From: Candidatus Karelsulcia muelleri
GTDB taxonomy: Bacteria; Bacteroidota; Bacteroidia; Flavobacteriales; Blattabacteriaceae
Direction: 5' to 3'
Length of the DNA: 32,000 nt
Assembly: GCF_003214255.1 (NCBI RefSeq)
Contig: NZ_CP029011.1
Span: forward strand, 120,001 to 152,000
The position numbers were made by a program, and so were the translations under genes. A model generated the notes under the pieces. It saw nothing but the letters and a program-made list of their open reading frames with translations, was not told the origin of the DNA and ran no database searches. Shown in pieces: positions 16,465 through 23,613 of this stretch (position 1 is the first letter of the stretch; every line of letters begins with the position of its first letter).

Positions 16465-18254
16465 TTCTTTTGATTTTTAATATGTTTTATATATGTATCC
16501 ATATCTTTATCACCTCTCCCAGAAAGATTTATTATTACCAAATCATTTTTTTTAAATGATATTTTTTTTAAACATGCTAAAGCATGAGCACTTTCTAGTG
16601 CTGGAATTATTCCCTCTAAAGAAGCAAGTTCAATTCCAGCTTCAATAGCCTCCAAATCGGTAATACTTATAAAAGTCGCACGTTTTTTATAAAATAAATT
16701 CGCATGCATGGGTCCAATTCCAGGATAATCTAATCCAGCAGATATAGAATAAGGTTCTAATATTTGACCATATTTATCCTGCATAAGAATAGTAAGACTA
16801 CCATGTAATACCCCTAAAGAGCCTTTTTTAATTGTTGCTGCTGTTTTATTAGTATTTACTCCTAATCCTGAAGCTTCTACACCTATTAGATTAACAGATT
16901 CATAATCTAAAAAATGATAAAATATCCCTGCAGCATTACTCCCCCCTCCTAAACATGCAATTATATAATTAGGTAGTTTCTCGGATTCTTTTAATTGTTC
17001 TTTTATTTCTTCACTAATAATTGATTGAAAATAAGATACCATTCTAGGATATGGATCTGGTCCAACTGCTGATCCTATCATATAATAACATTCTGGATTA
17101 TTTATCCAATATCTAATAGCTTCATTTACTGAATCTTTTAAGGTTTTGCTTCCACTATTAACAGTTATTATGTTAGCACCTAACATTTTCATCCTATATA
17201 CATTTTGTATTTGTCGTTTTATATCTACTTTTCCCATAAAAATAGTACATTTTAATCCTAATAAAGAACAAATAGTGGCCGTAGCTACACCATGTTGACC
17301 TGCACCAGTTTCTGAAATAATATTTTTTTTCCCCATTTCTTTAGCTAATAACGCTTGACCTATTGTATTATTTATTTTATGAGATCCAGTATGATTTAAA
17401 TCTTCTCTTTTTAAATAGATTTTAGCTCCATATAGCTTAGATAAATTTTTACAAAAAAACAAAGGAGACGGTCTGCCAACATAATTATGTAATAATAATT
17501 TTATTTTTTTTTTAAAAAATTTATTTTTTATAATTTTATTATATTCATTTTTTAAATTGTTAATATTATTATATAGCATTTCAGGAATATATGCACCTCC
17601 AAAAAAACCATATAAACCATTATTATCTGATAAATATTTTTCTTTTATTCTAGAAAGAAATTTTTTTAACAAAAAAATATTTTTTAATCCAGGTTTTATT
17701 TCAAAACAACTATTTAAATCTATTCCTAAAAGGAAGGGAATTTTTAAATTATTGATTTGATCAAAATCATTTGAATTTATACCTCCACTTAAAAAAAAAG
17801 GAACTTTTAAGTTATAATCATATATTTTTTCCCAAGAAAATTTTTTTCCACTTCCTCCATATAAAGTTGATTTAAAATCAAATAAAAAATAGTTTACATA
17901 ATTTCTATATTTAGATATTTCTTCAAAAGAAAAATCATTATCTATTCCAAAAGATTTAATAATTTTTATTCCATATTTAGATATATTACTACAATAGTCA
18001 GGACTTTCTGTACCATGTAATTGGACAAAATCTAAATTATTTTTTAAACTTATTTTTAATAAATTATCTTCTTTTTCATTTACAAATACACCTACTTTTG
18101 AAATACCAATTGTATTAGGAGCTAAAAAATTAGATCCTACAAATCTAGGAGATTTGTCATAAAAAATAAATCCTAGAAAATCAGGATATAAATCAATTAT
18201 ATCGGATATATTATTATTGTATTTTAATCCACAGATTTTTAATTTTTTTAACAT
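16461..18254 (-). CDS. trpB: Fusion protein: phosphoribosylanthranilate isomerase (TrpF, about aa 1-205) joined to tryptophan synthase beta subunit (TrpB, about aa 210-597)
   Basis: The N-terminal part is TrpF-like: MLKKLKICGL, DFLGFIFYDKSPRFV, VQLHG and FLSGGI. The C-terminal part is TrpB: GFFGGAYIPEML, the PLP Lys motif HTGSHKINN, and GGGSNAAG. It is one uninterrupted 597-codon ORF with no Met codon between codon 2 and the conserved IPEML. Confidence 0.88.
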   Translation of the reverse strand: MLKKLKICGLKYNNNISDIIDLYPDFLGFIFYDKSPRFVGSNFLAPNTIGISKVGVFVNEKEDNLLKISLKNNLDFVQLHGTESPDYCSNISKYGIKIIKSFGIDNDFSFEEISKYRNYVNYFLFDFKSTLYGGSGKKFSWEKIYDYNLKVPFFLSGGINSNDFDQINNLKIPFLLGIDLNSCFEIKPGLKNIFLLKKFLSRIKEKYLSDNNGLYGFFGGAYIPEMLYNNINNLKNEYNKIIKNKFFKKKIKLLLHNYVGRPSPLFFCKNLSKLYGAKIYLKREDLNHTGSHKINNTIGQALLAKEMGKKNIISETGAGQHGVATATICSLLGLKCTIFMGKVDIKRQIQNVYRMKMLGANIITVNSGSKTLKDSVNEAIRYWINNPECYYMIGSAVGPDPYPRMVSYFQSIISEEIKEQLKESEKLPNYIIACLGGGSNAAGIFYHFLDYESVNLIGVEASGLGVNTNKTAATIKKGSLGVLHGSLTILMQDKYGQILEPYSISAGLDYPGIGPMHANLFYKKRATFISITDLEAIEAGIELASLEGIIPALESAHALACLKKISFKKNDLVIINLSGRGDKDMDTYIKHIKNQKK

Positions 18255-19023
18255 TTTTTATAAATTGTTTACAACTATCACCTGGATTAAAGGATGACAA
18301 AAATTTTTCTCCTATTAAAAACCCATTAAATCCTAATTTTTTTAAAAAAAATATATTATTTATATTAGAAATTCCACTTTCAGAGATAATAGGAAAATTT
18401 TTAGGAATTAATGAATAAAATTTATTAGAATTATGGATATCTACATTTAAAGTAGATAAATCTCTATTATTTATTCCTAAAATATCTATTTCATCAGAAA
18501 TTTTTGATATATCTGTTTTAGAATGTAATTCTAATATTACTTCTAATCCTAAACTTTTAGCTAAAGTAGCTAACAATTTAATTTGTTTTTTTTTTAAAAT
18601 TTTAGCAATTAATAATATTGCATCTGCGCCTAAAGCTTTTGAATGAATAATTTGATATTCATCAATTATAAAATCCTTTCTTAATAAAGGAAGTGAAATA
18701 TACTTTCTTAGTTTTGATAAATCTTTACTACTTCCTAAAAAAAAATTTTTATCAGTAAGGATAGAAATTCCAATAGATCCTGCTTCTTTATATTCTTTAC
18801 AAAGATTTTCTAATCTAATATTTTCATTATGAAAATTTTTAGATGGAGATTTTCTTTTAAATTCTGAAATAATCCCAATATGATCATTTTTTATTTTTCT
18901 TTTTAAAGAAAGACATTTTCTTTGAAAAAAGAATTTTTTTTCAAGTCTTTTTATACTATATTTTTTAATATCTCTTTTTATTTCTTTTTTTTTTATTTCT
19001 ATTATCTTTTGAAGAAAATTCAT
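18214..19023 (-). CDS. trpC: Indole-3-glycerol-phosphate synthase
   Basis: Motifs are IISEFKRKSPSK, LRKDFIIDEYQI and GINNRDL. Its C-terminal 41 nt overlap the trpF::trpB start in another frame. Confidence 0.9.
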   Translation of the reverse strand: MNFLQKIIEIKKKEIKRDIKKYSIKRLEKKFFFQRKCLSLKRKIKNDHIGIISEFKRKSPSKNFHNENIRLENLCKEYKEAGSIGISILTDKNFFLGSSKDLSKLRKYISLPLLRKDFIIDEYQIIHSKALGADAILLIAKILKKKQIKLLATLAKSLGLEVILELHSKTDISKISDEIDILGINNRDLSTLNVDIHNSNKFYSLIPKNFPIISESGISNINNIFFLKKLGFNGFLIGEKFLSSFNPGDSCKQFIKNVKKIKNLWIKIQ

Positions 19024-19034
19024 AACTTTTTAAA

Positions 19035-20021
19035 TTATATGTCTAAAAATCTTTTTAAGATTTTTTTTACTTTTCCACTTTTTAAAGCTTCTTGGGCTTT
19101 AGAATAATTAGTCTGAATACTACAATCATTTAATAAGCTAAGTGCAAAAGCAGCATTAATTGAAACAACTGTGTTTTGAAATACAGTTCCATTTCCAGAG
19201 ATTATATCTAAAAAAATTCGGGTATTTTCTATATTATTTTTTCCTCCTTTTAATTTTAAAGGATTAATTTTTTTTATTAAAAAATATTCTGGAGAAAAAA
19301 TATGTTCTCCTTGTTTATCATAACATATGAAATCAGATGTTAAAGAAATTTCATCATATCCATCCAAACTATGGACTATTGAATAATTTTTATCAGTTTC
19401 TTGATAAAAATAATAGTATAGTCTTGCTAATTCGAGATCACTTACACCAAGTAACTGATTCTTTGGATTACTAGGATTTAATAATGGGCCTAAAATATTA
19501 AAAATTGTTTTTATACCAAGAATTTTTCTAACCTCTCTCACTTTTTTTAGTGTTGGATTAAAAATATGAGTATGTAAATAACAAATTCCAACTTTTTCTA
19601 GTTGTTTTTTTAATTTTTCTTCTTTAGAAGTGAACTTAGATTGTAAAATTTCAAAAATATTAGAAGATCCTGTTACAGATGAGGAACTATAACTCCCATG
19701 TTTAATTACTTTTTCGCCTAAACTGGCTACTATAAAACATGATAAAGTAGAAATATTGAAAGAATTTTTATTATCTCCACCAGTTCCTACTATATTAATA
19801 GCATTAAATTCTTTTAAATCTATATTAATAGATAATTCTATTAAAGCTTGACTAAACCCTTTTATTTCTTCTAATGTAGGATATCTCATATTATAAATGG
19901 CAGATAAAGCAGCTATTTGCTTAGAATTAAATTTCTCTTGAGAAAAAGATAAAAAAAAATTTTTAGCCTCTTTTTGAGAAAGAGGTTTCTGCTCAAATAA
20001 ATAATTCAATATCTCTTTCAT
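19035..20021 (-). CDS. trpD: Anthranilate phosphoribosyltransferase
   Basis: The motif is GTGGDNKNSFNISTL. I place the start at the ATG at 20021-20019 (MKEILNYLFEQ...), which forms an ATGA junction with the trpG stop. The ORF-track start at 20051 would add MVKIKIKIKK, read from the (TTTTAA)4 repeat inside trpG. Confidence 0.85.
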   Translation of the reverse strand: MKEILNYLFEQKPLSQKEAKNFFLSFSQEKFNSKQIAALSAIYNMRYPTLEEIKGFSQALIELSINIDLKEFNAINIVGTGGDNKNSFNISTLSCFIVASLGEKVIKHGSYSSSSVTGSSNIFEILQSKFTSKEEKLKKQLEKVGICYLHTHIFNPTLKKVREVRKILGIKTIFNILGPLLNPSNPKNQLLGVSDLELARLYYYFYQETDKNYSIVHSLDGYDEISLTSDFICYDKQGEHIFSPEYFLIKKINPLKLKGGKNNIENTRIFLDIISGNGTVFQNTVVSINAAFALSLLNDCSIQTNYSKAQEALKSGKVKKILKRFLDI

Positions 20022-20602
20022 CTTTTTAATTTTAATTTTAATTTTAACCAATTTTCTATTATTTTAAACCCATATGGAGTTAAAATTGATTCAGGATGAA
20101 ATTGGACCCCACTTACATCATATTTTTTATGACGTATTGCCATAATTTCTTTTTCTGGCCCTAAAGCCGTTATTTTTAAATTTAATGGAAAATTTTCTTG
20201 TGAAATTACCCAAGAATGATACCGTCCAACTTTTATTTTTTTAGGTAGATTTTGAAATAAAATTTCTTTATTATCTATAATTTCTATTAAACTAGACATT
20301 CCATGATATATATTTTTATAATTTATTAATTTACCCCCAAAAACTTCAGCTATGGCTTGTTGACCTAAACAAACCCCTAAAATACTTTTGCTTTTAGCGT
20401 ACTTTTTTATAAGTGGTTTAAGAATATTAGCTTCATCTGGAACTCCTGGACCAGGAGATAAAATAATTTTATTAAAATTTTCAATTTTATTGAAATCTAT
20501 TTTATTATTTCTGTAAACTGCTACTTTAGCCGAAGTTATTTGTTTTACAATATGTACAAGATTATATGTAAAAGAATCATAATTATCTAATACTAATATC
20601 AT
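20018..20602 (-). CDS. trpG: Anthranilate synthase component II (glutamine amidotransferase)
   Basis: The N-terminus is MILVLDNYDSFTYNLV. The GATase motifs GVCLGQQAI and GVQFHPESI are present. The C-terminus is ...NWLKLKLKLKR. Confidence 0.92.
   Translation of the reverse strand: MILVLDNYDSFTYNLVHIVKQITSAKVAVYRNNKIDFNKIENFNKIILSPGPGVPDEANILKPLIKKYAKSKSILGVCLGQQAIAEVFGGKLINYKNIYHGMSSLIEIIDNKEILFQNLPKKIKVGRYHSWVISQENFPLNLKITALGPEKEIMAIRHKKYDVSGVQFHPESILTPYGFKIIENWLKLKLKLKR
20024..20047. repeat. Hexanucleotide repeat (TTTTAA)4 encoding an (LK)4 C-terminal tail of TrpG
   Basis: Four perfect TTTTAA units span 20024-20047. On the - strand they read TTA AAA x4 in the trpG frame. Confidence 0.9.
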
Positions 20603-22014
20603 TTAAAAATATTTTGTGCTAATTCTATAGCTTGGTTTAAAGCTAGAAGTTTGTTATTAACTTCTTCTAATTCTTTTTCTGCTTTAGAGCCAGAAACTAT
20701 TCCTGCCCCAGCTTGAAAAAAAAGAATATTATTTTTACTTAAAAAAGATCTTATAATTATAGCGGTATTTATATTCCCATATAATCCAAAAAATCCTATT
20801 GCTCCACCATATATTCCCCTATTTTTATTTTCAATATTATCTATTAATTTCATAGCTTTATATTTTGGAGCTCCGGAAAGGGTTCCCGCAGGAAAAGTAT
20901 CCCCAAAAACTTTTATTAAAGAAATTTTTTCATTTAAAATACAAGAAACTTTGGAAACCATATGCAAAACATGAGAAAAATATTGAACTTCTTTATAATT
21001 TTCAACAATAACATTTATAGAATTTTTACTTAAATCATTTCTTGCTAAATCTACTAACATTATATGTTCAGCATTTTCTTTAGGATCTTTTCTCAATTTT
21101 TGAGCTAATTTTTTATCTTTTTCATCATTTCCTGATCTTTTAATTGTTCCAGCTATGGGATTTATATACGCTTTATTATTTTGAACTAGAATTTGAGATT
21201 CTGGGGAGGATCCGAAAAGTTTATAATTTCCATAATCAAAATAAAATAAATAAGGAGATGGATTTATAGATCTTAAAGCTCTATAAACATTAAATTCATC
21301 ACCTTTAAATTGTTGTTTAAATTGCCTAGAAATTACAATTTGAAAAACATCTCCTCTGCTACAAGCTTCTTTTCCAGAAGAAACCATTTGTTTAAATTCA
21401 TTATCTGTTATATTAGAACATTTTTTTCCTTTAGTTTTAAAAGAAAAAAAAGAATAATTTTGATTAAATACTAAATCAATAATGAAATCCATTGATTTGT
21501 CTTCTTTTTCAGAGTAAGAGAATTTATGTTCTACTATATACAATTCATTATAAAAATGTTTAAAAATAATTAAATTTGCATAAAATCCAAACCTTATCTG
21601 GGGAACAGAATATGATTTATCTATAAATGAATTTAATTTTATATTTTCAAAATATTGAACACTATCATAAGATGTATACCCATACAATCCAGAATAAGGA
21701 CTCCAATTATTTGTGCTATAAAATTTTTTGATAAATTTATCAAAATAATACTGGAGAGTTGAATAACTATCAATATAAAAATTCTCTTTTTTATTATCTG
21801 GATACAAAATTTTTATTTTGTTGTTATTAATTATAATTTCAGATTTTAAATTAAAACAAATTATAGAAGAATGATTTTTAGTAGTTTGATAATCAGAAGA
21901 TTCTAATAATAGAATGTTAGAAAATTTATTTCTTAATTTTAAATAGAGCTCTACAGGAGTCGAAATATCGGCTAAAAATTTTTTTTTAATAGTTTTAAAA
22001 CTAAATTTAGACAT
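20599..22014 (-). CDS. trpE: Anthranilate synthase component I
   Basis: Motifs are LVDLARNDL, FPAGTLSGAPK and GIYGGAIGFFG. Its stop forms an ATGA junction with the trpG start. Confidence 0.93.
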   Translation of the reverse strand: MSKFSFKTIKKKFLADISTPVELYLKLRNKFSNILLLESSDYQTTKNHSSIICFNLKSEIIINNNKIKILYPDNKKENFYIDSYSTLQYYFDKFIKKFYSTNNWSPYSGLYGYTSYDSVQYFENIKLNSFIDKSYSVPQIRFGFYANLIIFKHFYNELYIVEHKFSYSEKEDKSMDFIIDLVFNQNYSFFSFKTKGKKCSNITDNEFKQMVSSGKEACSRGDVFQIVISRQFKQQFKGDEFNVYRALRSINPSPYLFYFDYGNYKLFGSSPESQILVQNNKAYINPIAGTIKRSGNDEKDKKLAQKLRKDPKENAEHIMLVDLARNDLSKNSINVIVENYKEVQYFSHVLHMVSKVSCILNEKISLIKVFGDTFPAGTLSGAPKYKAMKLIDNIENKNRGIYGGAIGFFGLYGNINTAIIIRSFLSKNNILFFQAGAGIVSGSKAEKELEEVNNKLLALNQAIELAQNIFK

Positions 22015-22035
22015 TAAATTGATTAGACATTAAAT
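22007..22035 (-). repeat. 13-bp direct repeat (coding-strand ATTTAATGTCTAA, period 16 bp) duplicating the trpE translation start
   Basis: The plus-strand sequence TTAGACATTAAAT occurs at 22007-22019 and again at 22023-22035. The first copy contains the trpE ATG (22014-22012). The second provides an upstream out-of-frame ATG (22030-22028). Confidence 0.9.
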
Positions 22036-22087
22036 GCAGAACCATCTGAAATAATTAAAGATTAAATAATCTTATTTTAAGAAGTTG

Positions 22088-23554
22088 TTAATAAGATTTA
22101 GCAAAAAGAACTCGTTGTTTAGATTTTTTTTTTGAAAAAATACATTTCCCCAACTTTGAGGTTAAATTTATTGGAATGCAACGTATTGTAGCATTGGTTT
22201 CAAATTTTATTTTTTTTTCGGTTTCAGACGTTCCATCCCAATGAGAAAATATAAATCCACTATTGGTTTTAATTTTTTTTTTAAATTCTTCATAAGAATC
22301 TACTTTTAGTAAAAACTTTTCCTTTCTTTTAAGAGCTTTTTTAAAAATGTTATCTTGAATTTTATACAATAGTTTTGGAATGAAAGTTTCTAATTTTTTA
22401 ATAGATATATTTTTTTTTTCAAGTGTATCTCTTCTTACTACTTCAACAGTTCCTCTATCTAGATCTTTTTTTCCTATAGTTATCCTTATAGGAATTCCTT
22501 GAATTTCATATTCATTAAATTTCCATCCTGGAGTATAATAAGTTCTTTTATCATATTTTATATTTATACCTTTTTTTTCAATAGATGCTTTGAATGGAAA
22601 AACAATTTTTTCTATTAAATGAAGTTGTTCTTGAGTTTTATAAACTGGAATAATTACTATTTGGATTGGAGCAATTTTAGGTGGTAAGATAAGCCCTTTA
22701 TCATCTGAATGTGTCATAATCATAGCGCCAATTAATCTTGTTGAAATTCCCCAAGATGTAGCCCACACATATTTTTTTTTTCCTTTTTTGGTGGTATATT
22801 TAACATCAAACGCTTTTGAAAAATTTTTCCCTAAAAAATGAGAGGTAGCTATTTGGATAGATTTACCATCTTGCATAATAGATTCTATACAGAAGGTTTT
22901 TTCTGCTCCAGCAAATTTTTCACTAGATGTTTTTCTCCCCTGGATTACAGGAATAGAAAAAAAATTTTCTACAAAATTTGTGTATATATTTAACATTTTT
23001 TTAGTATGATTTATAGCTTCTTTTTTTGTCGAATGAGCAGTATGTCCTTCTTGCCATAAAAATTCAGAGGTTCTTAAAAAAAACCTTGTACGCATTTCCC
23101 AACGGATTATATTAGCCCATTGATTAAAAAGTATTGGAAGATCTCTATAAGAGTTTATCCAACGTTTATAAGAATTCCAAATTATTGTTTCAGAAGTAGG
23201 TCTAACAATAAGTTCTTCATCAAGATGAGAAGATTGATCTACTATTAAATTTTTATTATTAAGATTTTTTAATCTATAATGAGTGATTACTGCGCATTCT
23301 TTGGCAAATCCTTTAATATGATTAAATTCTTTTGAAAGAAAGGATTTTGGAATAAGTAAAGGAAAATAGACATTTTCATGTCCTGTAGATTTTAAAATTC
23401 TATCTAAGATAGACTGAATTTTTTCCCATATAGCAAATCCATATGGTTTTAGAATCATACATCCCCGGACATCTGATTTTTCTGCAATATTTGCTTTTAA
23501 AATAATTTCATTATACCATTTAGAATAATTTTCATTACGTTTCGTTAGTTTCAT
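22088..23554 (-). CDS. proS: Prolyl-tRNA synthetase (archaeal/eukaryote-like type, as in Bacteroidota)
   Basis: The product is 488 aa with no bacterial-type insertion domain. Motifs are FRTSEFLWQEGHTAH and YVWATSWGISTRLIGA, and the N-terminus is YSKWYNEII. Confidence 0.9.
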   Translation of the reverse strand: MKLTKRNENYSKWYNEIILKANIAEKSDVRGCMILKPYGFAIWEKIQSILDRILKSTGHENVYFPLLIPKSFLSKEFNHIKGFAKECAVITHYRLKNLNNKNLIVDQSSHLDEELIVRPTSETIIWNSYKRWINSYRDLPILFNQWANIIRWEMRTRFFLRTSEFLWQEGHTAHSTKKEAINHTKKMLNIYTNFVENFFSIPVIQGRKTSSEKFAGAEKTFCIESIMQDGKSIQIATSHFLGKNFSKAFDVKYTTKKGKKKYVWATSWGISTRLIGAMIMTHSDDKGLILPPKIAPIQIVIIPVYKTQEQLHLIEKIVFPFKASIEKKGINIKYDKRTYYTPGWKFNEYEIQGIPIRITIGKKDLDRGTVEVVRRDTLEKKNISIKKLETFIPKLLYKIQDNIFKKALKRKEKFLLKVDSYEEFKKKIKTNSGFIFSHWDGTSETEKKIKFETNATIRCIPINLTSKLGKCIFSKKKSKQRVLFAKSY

Positions 23555-23613
23555 TTATTATTTGTTTTTAAAAAAGACATATTTTAAATAAATATTATAT
23601 ATAATTTTGTAAT

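Noticed and set aside
20022-20051. Upstream start of trpD (MVKIKIKIKK...)
   Set aside because: The extension lies wholly inside trpG and is read from the (TTTTAA)4 repeat. The ATG at 20021 gives a typical TrpD N-terminus and an ATGA coupling junction with trpG.
22007-22030. Upstream mini-ORF as a classical trp attenuation leader peptide
   Set aside because: The 7-codon peptide (MSNQFNV) contains no Trp codons. I can draw no alternative terminator/antiterminator hairpins in the 73-nt proS-trpE spacer. I kept it only as a possible translational-coupling oddity.
23602-23609. TAATTTTG upstream of lon, matching the Bacteroidota -7 promoter consensus TAnnTTTG
   Set aside because: It ends only 4 nt before the lon ATG. 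The only TTTG candidate for a -33 element (23561-23564) is 37 nt away, against the expected spacing of about 19-21 nt. Such A/T-rich octamers are expected by chance at this base composition. A promoter call is not supportable without 5'-end data.
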